DNA of 63,996 nt, counting the filler, from Atractiella rhizophila (lineage: Eukaryota): NCBI GenBank assembly GCA_021432655.1. It is 4 parts of 4 records of this genome, joined end to end, with 100 filler letters (N's around TTAATTAATTAA, not from the genome) between each part and the next. Parts side by side here need not be neighbours in the genome. Positions count along the whole stretch, not along the records: positions 1 to 23,611 come from MU271800.1; positions 23,712 to 47,282 come from MU271802.1; 2 more parts are not named here. The stretch is one strand, 5' to 3'. Below the pieces are notes generated by a model. The model did not search any database and had not been told where the DNA came from. It saw only the letters and a program-made list of their open reading frames with translations. Of this stretch, positions 13,188-25,531 are shown piece by piece (position 1 is the first letter of the stretch; every line of letters begins with the position of its first letter). Made by a program: the position numbers and the translations under genes.

Positions 13188-14924
13188 AAAACAAGGTAGG
13201 ATAGAGGCAACGGTGGACGTTCTCGGAAGGACGTAGCGAGTAGATGATAGATCGTACGGAGATCATTACGGCGTTAGTGATGAAAATGAAGTCTAATTGG
13301 AAAGCGAATAACTGATGTTGAGGCCGGAGGACGGATTGTAGAAGAGGATCAAGTCTCGCTACGGAGGGGAATGGAGAAGGTGGTTTATCGAGGAGGAAAA
13401 GGTATTTTAGGCGACGGCGTTCGTGATTGAAGATGGCCAAATGGTAAGATGGACGTGAAGGACATAACGTGAGGGCCGTAGACGGGATGACTGGATCATA
13501 GAAGGGCGAGAGCGAGTGTCAGGGCTCCACCAAAAACCATGACCTTCCAAGGTATGGTTCTCCTAGGAGAAGTTGCTGCTGACTGGCTGTTCGCACTAGA
13601 CCCTGCGCCATACGTTTCGGTAGGGAAGTCTGAGCAAGCACTCGTCGCGGTGGCGTAGCCATTAGCACAGGTGCGGAAACGCCTTTGGTCAGGGAAAGGA
13701 CAGCCGAACGCTTTTGATAGAGTCAGGTTGAGGATTTGGCTGTTAGGGAGGACGTACTGCCGTTTACGAAGGCGGGAAGGGAACCCCCTACTTGACAGCA
13801 TGTTGCTAGGGTATAGTTATTCGTCGAGACACACCCGATGAAGTCTGGCGGCCTATGGCCATGATTTTGTCAGTCTCGGGGGCGGAAGGAAAGAAGGAGC
13901 GCACAAGAGATCAGATGCAGCCATGCTTTTCATGTATCGTCGGCGAAGGCTCTTCTACTCGCAGTGATTGTTTATAAAGTCTTACTGCACTGGTATTTTC
14001 GAAGAACACGACTGAGCTGGACCGATTCAGCCTCAAAGGACACGAAGGCGATCAAGGTACTCTGCTGGATTCCAGGTCCTGGGGTAAAGAAACGGAGAGG
14101 ATCCTTTTAAACCGCCTTTTGGGATCGTAAGGCAAGGGGAATTGCAACATCAGCCATGGGGTTTAATAGTTCGATCAAGTGGGAGATTAGGAGACAAACA
14201 AAGGAAGGATCGCCTATTCGGGAATTTAGCCTGCATGTGATCCTGTGCATTTATCTTGTTTGAAAAGGTTAATGCTTGGCAATCAATTCGCGGATATACG
14301 CTTATACAGTCACTTCTCCGTCCACCGCGACGCCTGAATCACGAATGAGCAGCCATTTTTATCTTCAGAGCATTGTAAACGATATTTCTGAGAGCACCAT
14401 CAACATTCCACGAATGTATGAACATTAGCTGACTGGACACACTGATGAGCACTGAGTGGACAGGGGACAATAAAGTGGGAAATGTCTTGAACTCACACGA
14501 AGTTCTCACAAACAGATGTAAACTCGAGGATCAGATCCACATCTACCTCGACTAGCTTGGACTTGGCTGTTTTCGAGGCGTCATCGGCGCATGTGTGAAT
14601 TCGCGTGCTTTTTGCACCCTGCTTTCCTTCTGACCTATTCTTCGTGGCTCTGAGTAAACTCAACACAATACATTTGCCTTTGCACGCTGCTCCTTATCAC
14701 GCCTCTTTCTGCACACACTCAATACAGCATTCCTTCTCCTCCCTACAGTCCACGACTATGCATGTCGTGTCTGCAGCTAGCGGAGCCCAGCAGACCAGAA
14801 CTTTCTAAGATCAATAGTCCATGAGCAAGATAGATCCAGAGCCATCCAAAGCAGAGACAGGTGAACAAAATAGGTATCTCTTTTCACGGAAGAGGATGAA
14901 CAACGGGAAAAGACGCAGCATCTC
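13188..14924. repeat. Tandem duplication A, unit 1 (1737 bp)
   Basis: Runs aaaacaaggtaggatagagg...gacgcagcatctc and is repeated immediately at 14925-16668. Confidence 0.95.
13496..13933 (-). CDS. Small Cys-rich protein with C-terminal hydrophobic tail (~112 aa, 3 exons), copy 1
   Basis: TATAAA, then ATG 13933; introns gtgcgc..catag and gtacgt..aaaag give MKSMAASDLLPPDFIGCVSTNNYTLATCCQVGGSLPAFVNGTFGCP...CANG...ACS...VMVFGGALTLALALL. Confidence 0.7.
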
Positions 14925-16668
14925 AAAACAAGGTAGGATAGAGGCAACGGTGGACGTTCTCGGAAGGACGTAGCGAGGTAGATGATAGATCGTACGGAGA
15001 TCATTACGGCGTTAGTGATGAAAATGAAGTCTAATTGGAAAGCGAATAACTGATGTTGAGGCCGGAGGACGGATTGTAGAAGAGGATCAAGTCTCGCTAC
15101 GGAGGGGAATGGAGAAGGTGGTTTATCGAGGAGGAAAAGGTATTTTAGGCGACGGCGTTCGTGATTGAAGATGGCCAAATGGTAAAATGGACGTGAAGGA
15201 CATAACGTGAGGGCCGTAGACGGGATGACTGGATCATAGAAGGGCGAGAGCGAGTGTCAGGGCTCCACCAAAAACCATGACCTTCCAAGGTATGGTTCTC
15301 CTAGGAGAAGTTGCTGCTGACTGGCTGTTCGCACTAGACCCTGCGCCATACGTTTCGGTAGGGAAGTCTGAGCAAGCACTCGTCGCGGTGGCGTAGCCAT
15401 TAGCACAGGTGCGGAAACGCCTTTGGTCAGGGAAAGGACAGCCGAACGCTTTTGATAGAGTCAGGTTGAGGATTTGGCTGTTAGGGAGGACGTACTGCCG
15501 TTTACGAAGGCGGGAAGGGAACCTCCTACTTGACAGCATGTTGCTAGGGTATAGTTATTCGTCGAGACACACCCGATGAAGTCTGGCGGCCTATGGCCAT
15601 GATTTTGTCAGTCTCGGGGGCGGAAGGAAAGAAGGAGCGCACAAGAGATCAGATGCAGCCATGCTTTTCATGTATCGTCGGCGAAGGCTCTTCTGCTCTC
15701 AGTGATTGTTTATAAAGTCCTACTGCGCTGGTATTTTCGAAGAAAACGACTGAGCTGTACCGATTCAGCCTCAAAGGACACGAAGGCGATCAAGGTACTC
15801 TGCTGGATTCCAAATCCTGGGGTAAAGAAACGGAGAGGATCCTTTAAACCGCCTTTTGGGATCTTAAGGCAAGGGGAATTGCAACATCAGCCTTGGGGTT
15901 TAATAGTTCGATCAAGTGGGAGATTAGGAGACAAACAAAGGAAGGATCGCCTATTCGGGAATTTAGCCTGCATGTGATCCTGTGCATTTATCTTGTTTGA
16001 AAAGGTTAATGCTTGGCAATCAATTCGCGGATATACGCTTATACAGACACTTCTCCGTCCACCGCGACGCATGAATCACGAATGAGCAGCCATTCTTATC
16101 TTGAGAGCATTGTAAACGATATTTCTGAGAGCACCATCAACATTCCACGAATGTATGAACATTAGCTGACTGGACACACTGATGAGCACTGAGTGGACAG
16201 GGGACAACAAAGTGGGAATGTCTTGAACTCACACGAAGTTCTCACAAACAGATGTAAACTCGAGGATCAGATCCACATCTACACATCTACCTCGACTAGC
16301 TTGGACTTGGCTGTTTTCGACGCGTCATCGGCGCATGTGTGAATTCGCGTGCTTTTTGCACCCTACTTTCCTTCTGGTCTATTCTTTGTGGCTCTGAGGA
16401 AACTCAACACAATACATTCGCCTTTGCACGCTGCTCCTTCTCACACCTCTTTCTGCACACAGTCAATACAGCATTCCATCTCCTCCCTACAGTGCACGAC
16501 TATGCATGTCGTGTCTGCAGCTAGCGGAGCCCAGCAGACCAGACCTTTCTAAGATCAATAGTCCATGAGCAAGATAGATACAGAGCCATCCAAAGCAGAG
16601 ACAGGTGAACAAAATAGGTATCTCTTTTCACGGAAGAGGATGAACAACGGGAAAAGACGCAGCATCTC
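14925..16668. repeat. Tandem duplication A, unit 2 (1744 bp)
   Basis: Near-identical to 13188-14924, with scattered substitutions and small indels, including an 8-bp acatctac duplication near 16277. Confidence 0.95.
15234..15671 (-). CDS. Small Cys-rich protein, copy 2
   Basis: Same exon structure as copy 1; the coding difference I found (GGG->GGA, Gly) is synonymous in the spliced frame. Confidence 0.7.
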
Positions 16669-16889
16669 CAGCACGGCGGGTAGCAAACCTCTCTAACAGC
16701 CAACGAATTGTGGTCTAAAGAATTAGAGAGATTCTCTTGCGTCGATAAAGAAAGGGCTTTTCTCTTGAGGGAATGCCGCGGTGACAATGCCTCACCAATG
16801 AGCAGACTCAACAGCGGCCTTGGGTTTCGTTGCGTCACTTGTAGTGAGTCAAGGACACAACTTCGTTTCCTGACGGACTTGTCAACAGA

Positions 16890-17448
16890 TTAGAAACAAC
16901 AATCACAATCAAACGGGCACTGATCCGTGTCTACACTCACGATCCTTAACCATTCCATTCCCGTTGGAGCTGGCAGAAAGATACACACCTCCACCCTTCC
17001 CTATTCCAAGCTCCTCAACCGCATAAATTTTCAATCCATCCTCTGTTCTCCGCCGATTTACCTCTGGGTCTATTTCTTCCCCTTTTGGCTTCGCTTTCTG
17101 TGTAACAGTGGAGAGGGCGAGGGAAGGATCTTGCAGAACTTCAGGCGCTTTGGAAGCGTTGGTCCTAGCAGATGTAGGAGCGGCGGATTGCTTCTTCTTC
17201 TTCTTTGCTGGTTCGTCGGGCACGGGAGAGGACTTGCGCTTCTTCTTCTCTGTCTCTTTTGATGGTATAAATGTAGAGCTAGCCGTCGAAGCAGTGCGTT
17301 TCGAAGACTTGGTGGGCTTTGTGGAAAAGATTGCGTCGATATCCTCCTTCGCTGTGCTCGCCTTTTTCTCCGTCTTGACACCGTTTTCGACCTTCTTTCC
17401 ATTCGATGCGGACGCCTTCATACTACTTGTGCTCGGTTTGCCTAACAT
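16890..17448 (-). CDS. DUF1764-family protein
   Basis: Lys-rich body with IDAIFS; C-terminus RRRTEDGLKIYAVEELGIGKGG|DTDQCPFDCDCCF* after a short intron. Confidence 0.88.
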
Positions 17449-18032
17449 CCTGATGAACTTGGTGCTCGTTGTGCTGAGCTGAGATCGAATTCGAGATGGA
17501 CTGATAAAATATGTCGCGAAAAGAAAAATGGTTCCGCGTGTCCGGAAGTCATGTGATTAAGTCTCCAGTTGTCTTGTGGATCACAACCTTGGGGAGTATG
17601 GGATGGATGAATGTGAGGATATAGAAAGCCATGGGTCAATGGAAAGTTGAAGGGAGCCTGAGAGATAGCCAGGGATTCGGTGTCTGTGTGTATATCATAT
17701 ATCATTTCCAAGATGGATTGGGGCGAGTTAGCTGGAGTTGGGGAGTACTCATGATGTGAAGAGGACTGTTTTCTTGAATTCAACATCAGGTCCAAAATTA
17801 AATGGTGTTAGGGTTCCTTCACATTTGCGCTCATTCATAGCTGTGTGAACTTGTTTCCACCAATTCCATTGAGGCTGCCGATGTGTGACACGCAAGGAAG
17901 AGACGGTAGAAACTTCATTTTCTCGCGAATTCCTCCTCTTTCTCCATCCTATGTTCCTCTGTTGCTTTTGTGAGATTTACCTCGTGTAAAGGAAATATGT
18001 TGGCTCATCCTTGTGTCCCGTAACTTAAGGGA

Positions 18033-18720
18033 TTAGAAATTATGAAAATAAGTAATACGAAATGTCACCTTTCGTTTTGTGCTTCGGTTCAGCCAGTTCG
18101 TCCGTTCAAGTGGTTGACAACATGTCAGCATTCCGCAGAAGATATACCCATGAAGGAGGTTATTCTGGGTTGTTGCTTGTCTTAGATTGCTAGACCCACC
18201 TAACGAGAATATCTCAAGAAAGGAGCCATGGAAACGTTTGACACAACCGTTGCTTTCGTGGCAGACACATGGACTACGAACTCTCCGGTGAGGGACCGGC
18301 TCCAGTTCTCTGATCGTCACCTCCAAATAGTCCCTCTCTTTGCTCTTCATGAAGCTCATGTCGGGGTCAATTTTGCAAGTTACATACGGTACCAACATGC
18401 TTGGTGGTTCTGGGGAGATGTGACCGTTGTACATTACCCAAAAGTAGTGCAGATCTGGGGTTGGATAAATTCCTGCTTGGCCCCCCAGCGTCCTGCGTTG
18501 AGCACGATGGGGCAGAGCAACAACAATATGGGTAATCTTTTGGGCTGTATATTTCTCGTCGTCGAACTTAAACGTAAACCTGATCAACTCTTCGTGACCC
18601 AACCACCCACCGACATCTGTCATATATGTGCCTCGAGGGGTACGATGATAACGAGCTGTTATGCAAACAAATGGATGGATCGGTATTGCTCGATCTGGGG
18701 CTTCATGGATGAACTTCCTT
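18033..18720 (-). CDS. Hypothetical protein or pseudogene fragment; ends uncertain
   Basis: Open frame KFIHEAPDR..MTDVGGWLGHEELIRFTFKFDD..LEVTIRELEP after a plausible acceptor; upstream sequence looks decayed. Confidence 0.3.
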
Positions 18721-20219
18721 GCATCGGGTCAGCTGACCACAATCGCCAGTTAAAATTGGCTTATTTGGCGAAATGTAGCTTCCGTTGCTTTCGCTGGACG
18801 AGCCCAGGGCGACATGTTTGAAATGCTATATGAGTTCGTAGTTCGTACATCTCGTTCTGACACGTATATTTGGCGGTATGACTTGATGACCTCATCCCGA
18901 ACCTAATCTTGCCCGGAGATTTTCGCAATGTTTGGAAACCTCCTTTTAAGCTCCTCTTTGTCTGTCCCTCATCTTCACTTCTGTTTTGCCGATCCGTAAT
19001 TGGTACCTTCAGGTGATGCAGGCTAATTCGTGCCCAGTGTAAAGCTCGTTATGGTAAATGTACGAGACATTTCCCAACGAAACAGGCTATAAAAGCGCTC
19101 GGCCATGTTATCACAGTCAGGATCGGTAGCTTCTATTTTGTCTTCTTCCTTTCGTCCCTAGGCTGTCTCGACTCGCTTTCTTCTTTCTCTATCTTCGGTG
19201 TTTGCTATCTCGACTTCCTCGTCAGCCCTCACCTTGCTGTTGTTATGTTGCTTCGTGAATTCTTCCTCCGCATCCCTTCAGTCGTTGGCTAAAGGTCTTC
19301 ACTGGACAGGTTTGCCTCTATCTATCCGCTATCCGCTGCGTCCATCGGAATTGGTCGTCCTCGTCTTCTCTCAGAAGCAGTCTTTCAGCCTCTAAGTTAT
19401 CTCGTTTTGTTTGTCCTGTTGCTGGTACGTTTTATTCTTGTGAAGTAGCAAAGCAAGAATGATTTAACGGGAGCTTGCCAGTTCGCTTTTCAAAGTTGGC
19501 ATTCGAAACCGTATCTTTAGACCTCTGAGTGATATGCATGGTCTGTTTTGGTTTCGTCTGAGTAAAGGCTTTCGGTTATTTTGGGTAAGCAATCATCGCT
19601 TGTTCTGCACCGTCAACTCAGGTGTGCTGTATAGCTTGGGCTACCATGCTTAATTAAGGGAGAGATGATATTACTCTCTCAATATCACCCACGCCATTCC
19701 AAGGTCGTTGGTAAGACCTTTTTCCGTGTGTTTTACTGCACTAATCAACATTTTTGAATGACAGAACGTTCGAACATCCTCCTCTGTTGTTTTTGCATCC
19801 ATGGAGCATGTTCCACCTGGAACCTGGCTTACACCTATACCGCCAACATGGTTGTGGCGTAACTGCTGGCTGCTCGGGAGCAGTCTCACTGACAAGTCGT
19901 TCAACCAACGTTATCAACTTTGTACCAGTTCCTCCTGAAATCTAATTGCGCTTCCAAAGCTACATTCATGCCTTGCCATCATGACGTTTGCTGCACAGCG
20001 AAAATGTGTGCTCCTGCTCCTGGACACATCAACTTGCTGAACTTCCATGGCAAAGTTCTAACGGCATCCCGCCTTTCCGGGATGGCTGAGATGCGGGGTA
20101 ACCAGTCCCAACGCAGGAACAATGTCGCATAAAAGGAGTCCGCGCTCTCACAGCGACCCGATTCTCCTTTGGGCTTCCTCACGCGTCCATCCAGCAACTC
20201 CATCCCCGTCTAGAGAAAG

Positions 20220-23200
20220 ATGTATCGACGCATTCGAACAGCAAAACACCTCCGTCGCGCCTTCTCCTCCAGCGCGTTGGCTCTTTCTCCCAACGCGTAT
20301 AGGCGACACGGCCACCTCTTCAGCTCCTTGGATCCGTTGAAGCTCTCGGTTGCCTCAAAAGCGAGCCTTGAAAATGTCACTGGAGTGAAGCTCGATGAGA
20401 TGGACCCCCTTTACCAGGTCTACTGTGGAAACACAGGCTGGGAGTTCATGCACCTTGAAGTTCGTCTCCATTTTGATTGATGGCTGGGGCATTGACTTAC
20501 CCCCATTCATACAGAGTGAGAAAGAACGTGAATGGGTAGCTTCACAATTAGAATCAGCAAGCCGGGAGGAAGGAGAGCAGGAGATGATACGCCGGTGGAA
20601 GACTGTGCGACGCTCAGAAATCTTGGATAAATGGATAGGAAAGAAGTTTCCTCAGGTTAAGAGGTATTCTCTTGAGTAAGTTAAGGGATCTTACGCTTGC
20701 CGCTATGGCTGAAGGTGTTCCAGAGGTGCAGAAGCACTGCTTCTTGGTCTTGGGACTATCGCTTCCTCAGCTGCTACCACGCAGCGGCAAGTAATACTCA
20801 GCATGCCACATCGCGGCCGTTTGAACGTTCTTACTTCTCCCGATCTCTTGCAATTCCCGTCCTCGAGTCTTATAGCAAAGCTCTCTGGCTACCCTTTCCT
20901 CCCAACCGATGAAGGACGATACACCGACGACGTGCTCTCCCACCTTTTTGCTTCTACCGATCGCATGACTCTCCTCCCAAATCCCTCCCAGCTGGAAGCT
21001 GCTACACCTGTCGGACAAGGGTACGCTTACGGTCTTTCTCACCTAGCCTCTAAATCGACACCTCCATCCAACCCATTGAACGTCACCATCCACGGGGACG
21101 CAGCTTTTACAGGTCAAGGAGTAGTGGCAGAGAGCGTGAATATGGCTTCATTGAAAGGGTACGGAGTGAGAGGAAGCATCAGAGTAATTGTGAACAATCA
21201 GGTTGGGTACGGTGTCAGTTTCTTCCCCTCAATGATCTTGCTCAAATGCACGTTTTCGTCCTGCTCAGGTTCACAGCGGAAGCACGAGAAGGAAGGAGTT
21301 CGAGATATGTGACAGATAACGTTAAGGCTGGAGCATTAGTGGCACATGTCAATGGTTCGCCATGTTCCCTTCCTCACTGCGGAGGATGATCATGAGGGTT
21401 CCCTCATCGCAGGCGACGCTCCGTCCGACGTAGAGGCAGCTATGCAGGTACTTGTTGACTTTAGAGAGAAGTTTGGGAAAGATGTGATTATGGACTTGGT
21501 AACTTATCGGTACGCTGGTGCTTGTCACTGAGAAGATAGAGCTAACTCTTATACGCTAGGCGGTGGGGCCATAACGAGCTTGATGAACCGTTCTATACTA
21601 ATCCTAGTACGCACCTTCCTGGTTCCTTTTATTTCACATCTGATGAAACTGCAGGGATGTATAAACGAATTCGGGAAACAAAGTGCGCCTCACCCCTGTG
21701 CCTAACATGTATTTGATTCAGGCTCCCACAGGACCTTATCTTCCCAAATCCAAAGCGAACTTCTCTCCTCCTCATATATCAGCGAAAGCGAAATCCGAGC
21801 ATTTGATACTGAAGAGACTAGTAAACTAGACGAGGCACTTTCCTCCATTTCGTCTTCACCTGTAACATCTCCGCATCTTCCACACCTCAACAATGCATGG
21901 CGTACCCACACTGTCGCGCCAATGGAACAAGATCCGTCTAGTGCGAAGCAACAAGTAACTGGTGTCGCAAAGGAGGAATTGGTCGAAGTAGCGCGCGAAA
22001 GCATCAAGGCTCCAGATGCCTTTGTGAGTGCTCCTCTCAATTCTCTTTTTAGTGTTCCTTAGATATACGGCAGGCTGTGCATCCCCGTTTAGAGAAGATT
22101 CTCGCAAAACGTTTACAAGCGGTTGAGGAGGGCGAAGGAATTGACTTTGCAACCGCTGAGGCATTGGCATTCGGGACTCTTGTCAAGGACGGATACGCAG
22201 TGCGTGTATCGGGACAAGATTGTGGACGCGTTGGCTTTCCCCTTGTGTCAATGATCCCAATGCTGAAGGCAGGATACAGGGAACCTTCTCACAACGTCAT
22301 GCTGTTCTCAGGGATCAGAATAATGGCGATTCGTTCCTCCCTCTCGATCACTTGAACCAAACAGATGCTGGAAGGTTTGAAGTTATCAATTCTCCATTGT
22401 CGGAGTACGCAGTGCTTGGGTTCGAGCAAGGGGTCGCTTGGAGTTCACCAGATGTCCTGCCAATTTGGGAGGCACAGTGTAGGTCACTTCTGCCAGGCAT
22501 CATCTAGCTTACCTCAACCCGTAGTTGGTGATTTCTTCACTGGTGCCCAAATCACCATCGATACCTATTTCGCGAGTGGAGAAGCCAAGTGGGGACTTCC
22601 TTCAGCACTAACGCTGCTTTTACCTCACGGCTACGGTTTGTCTTTGTTTTTCGTGACTGTCATCCAATGATAGAAAAGAGTAGATGGAGCTGGCTCTGAG
22701 CACTCGTCAGCACGGATAGAACGATTCCTCCAACTCTCCTCAGAACCGATTCGCAGAGCTGAGAGGAAGTGGGTACCGAATGTTAGCCTTGTCAACGCAT
22801 CCACAGCGGCTCAATACTTCCAGTCAGTGTCTGTTTCAACCTACAACAATCAAACTGAAGCGGAAGTAGTGTGCTACGACGACAAATGAAACAACCGTAT
22901 CGACGGCCACTCGCTGTCTTTACTCACAAGGCACTCTTGCGATCTCCGGTATACTGATTCTCCCTTTATCCCAATTCAAGCCACTGACAAGACTCTTCTG
23001 CAAGGTCGCATGCTCTAGCCTCGTTGACATGGCCGAAGGCACTTCGTTCCAACCAGTCATTGACGACTCTACAATAAAAAGCGCAGATGCCTCCGCTGTA
23101 CTCTTCGTGTCCGGCCAGTGGTATTATCAACTTTTGAAGGCGCGAAAGGAGAGAGGATTGGATGCTAAAGTCGCCATTGTTCGCGTCGAGGTTCGTTTCT

Positions 23201-23514
23201 TGCAGTCTCCTAAACGGTTTAACGGACATTGATGACTTTGGTGCTTTAACCAGGAACTCTCGCCTTTTCCCTACAGTCAGCTCGAACAGGTCATCAAGAA
23301 GTATACGCAAGCAACCAGTTTTGTTTGGGCACAGGAGGAGCCGGAGAATGCAGGAGCGTGGACATTCGTTCAACCTAGACTCTCACAACTCTTGCAGGAC
23401 AACCAAACGCTTCTCTACCGAGGCAGAGAGGCACTCCCAGTGCCGGCTAAATCTCTGGGCAATCGTTTCAAGGAAGAGGCCGGACGCGTATTAGAGGACG
23501 CATTTACATTTTGA
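20220..23514 (+). CDS. DHTKD1: Mitochondrial 2-oxoacid dehydrogenase E1, DHTKD1 (2-oxoadipate dehydrogenase)-like, many introns
   Basis: Arg-rich presequence; [23 protein letters not shown] (DHTKD1 type rather than OGDH DVKYHL), TPP motif [51 protein letters not shown]. Confidence 0.85.
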
Positions 23515-23611
23515 TTCGGCTATTGCATTTTCTCATTCAAGGTGCTTGTCGCATTCACAAGTAGAAATGTTGGTAAATCATGCCACTATCGTTATTGTGC
23601 ATCAGCATCAT

Positions 23612-23711
23612 NNNNNNNNNNNNNNNNNNNNNNNNNNNNNNNNNNNNNNNNNNNNTTAATTAATTAANNNNNNNNNNNNNNNNNNNNNNNNNNNNNNNNN
23701 NNNNNNNNNNN
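23612..23711. other. Artificial contig-joining linker (N44-TTAATTAATTAA-N44)
   Basis: Exactly 100 nt with a six-frame stop cassette; identical at 47283 and 60866; genes beside the linkers are truncated. Confidence 0.97.
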
Positions 23712-24368
23712 GGTGCGATGTCGCAAAAGAAAAGGGAAAAGGTCATTGCCGAATTTTCAGCCAAAGCAGAGGACTTGATTGATAGTCTCGGCTTCGCAAC
23801 GAGAAGTGGAAAGCATCGTGCCATTGATAATGGGCCGCCGACTGTCATGCTCATCTCCTTAAAGGCAGGGGCAGTCGGTGAGAATTTCGGTTAAGAGGAC
23901 TCCCGATTTTTAATGTTCGATAAAGGTCTTAACCTCACAGCTGCCAGTCAAGTGGTGCTTCTCGATCCGTGGTGGCAGTCTGCCATTGAGCAGCAGGCTA
24001 TCGGTACGGTCTAGAATTCCGTCGATTTCATCTCATTATGATTGCAGATCGTGTTTATCGAATTGGCCAAACGAAGCCCGTTCGCGTCATTCAGATGGTA
24101 GCTGAGAACACCGTTGAGGACAAGGCAAGCTAACAACATTTCCAGCTATTTCTCGTCGCTGAAACTCTTAATAGGTCCTCGACATCCAGAAGCAGAAAGA
24201 AGAGCTTGTATCTCAAGTGGGTACCTCCATTATTCTTGGAGCCGGTATCTGAACATTAGGCAGGCATTTGATGGCAAAAGAGGAGCATCAGGCAATCGCG
24301 ACCGCAACAGAGTCGCTGATATGGCTGCATTGTTTGGAGTGCGGTTAGGTGGATCGAACAGAACTTGA
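23712..24368 (+). CDS. SNF2-family (RAD5/RAD16-like) helicase, C-terminal fragment
   Basis: [56 protein letters not shown] across short introns; 5' part cut by the linker. Confidence 0.92.
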
Positions 24369-24706
24369 GCGGAGCAGTGTTCACCTGCTAGTAAAGAGAA
24401 GAGAGAATGATACTATTTCGCGAATATGGTAGCATTTCGAACAAATAAAGGGAATAATCTAGATAATCTAGACTGTTGCCTGAAGGATACGCGATTGCAT
24501 CTGGTTTGAACCCTTCGAACAGGTACTGACATTGTTCCGGGCCCATTGCGACGTTGATGAAGAGAGCTCAGCGACCCTAAGAGAAGTGAGTAATTTGAAA
24601 ACACAAGTGAGCGATCGCACTCAGTACTCGGCCTTTCCACTCAGTACCAGGAAAAGGAGGAAAAGCTAATTCAAGGGCTCAGTAAAATCATCCGTCTTGT
24701 TGCATA

Positions 24707-25531
24707 CTACAGGTTCTCACTGTGATAGTGCCGTATCGACTTTTGAAGATGAGGTCCTGATAGGTTGTCTGCTTGACTCTGCCTCTGCGATGATTTTGCT
24801 TCAATTCTTCTCATTTCCCTCCGCAATAGATCACGCATGAACTGGGCGCTTTCTGGTTTCACGGCAGCCCTGAAGTTGTCCTCATCATCACATAACTCGC
24901 GCGCATAGTAAAGCAAGCAGTAATTGATCATGTCCCTGATCTGATGTTTATGTTGTACTTCGTAATAGTTGGTGTCTTCAAGATATTGGCTAGAAATCAT
25001 CGAATCGAAGAATGCGGCAAACGTTGGAAAGTAGACCCCGTCATCCTTTTCGCAACAGGCGATCTTCATCATGGTCTCTGAGGACAACTCAAACTTGAAA
25101 GCAGAGGATGGTATCAAGCAGATCCAAGGCGGAAGTTTTCCATCAGTACGCTGGAAACGAATAGGTCGTGGCACACCATCGTCTACGATAATCAAATCCT
25201 TCCGAATAATCGTGCAACCAACTTCCATGAGAGGTAAATTCGAAGCTCTCAATGCGTCAGCTGCACTAGACAGCATTCGATCCGGTATCAGCAAATAAAG
25301 GTCGAAGGTTGCCGTTGGAATGAAGTGAGCATATGCCAGCGCATGCTCCATGAAGACCACAACAGGTTTAAGGCGAGAAGCGGCTATGATTCGAGCGGGT
25401 TCGAGAGACTGCCGCTGTTCTCGCTGAGAATAGTAGTCCATTCTTTCTGGAATCTCTTCCTCTTCTTCAAACTCGAATGCCACCTCTTCTTCAAGTGTTT
25501 CGAGTCGAAGCCTTCTCCAGTGTCGGTCCAT
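24707..25531 (-). CDS. Intronless hypothetical protein (274 aa)
   Basis: ATG-initiated 274-codon ORF with a partial paralog at ~26545-26700. Confidence 0.7.
   Translation of the reverse strand: MDRHWRRLRLETLEEEVAFEFEEEEEIPERMDYYSQREQRQSLEPARIIAASRLKPVVVFMEHALAYAHFIPTATFDLYLLIPDRMLSSAADALRASNLPLMEVGCTIIRKDLIIVDDGVPRPIRFQRTDGKLPPWICLIPSSAFKFELSSETMMKIACCEKDDGVYFPTFAAFFDSMISSQYLEDTNYYEVQHKHQIRDMINYCLLYYARELCDDEDNFRAAVKPESAQFMRDLLRREMRRIEAKSSQRQSQADNLSGPHLQKSIRHYHSENL

Noticed and set aside
13144..13440. ORF ending in AKL (PTS1-like)
   Set aside because: Non-AUG start, lies in the probable 3' UTR of the Cys-rich gene, and is frameshifted in the duplicate.
14441..14485. CTGATGAG...GAAA as a hammerhead ribozyme core
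   Set aside because: Stem II lacks the closing G-C pair before GAAA and no stem I/III could be built.
1..23514. AACS plus DHTKD1 as a lysine/tryptophan catabolic cluster
   Set aside because: They are 17 kb apart with unrelated genes between, and no glutaryl-CoA dehydrogenase or thiolase is present.
23656..23667. TTAATTAATTAA palindromes within N runs (also ~47327 and ~60910)
   Set aside because: Artificial six-frame-stop linkers joining contigs; not biological.
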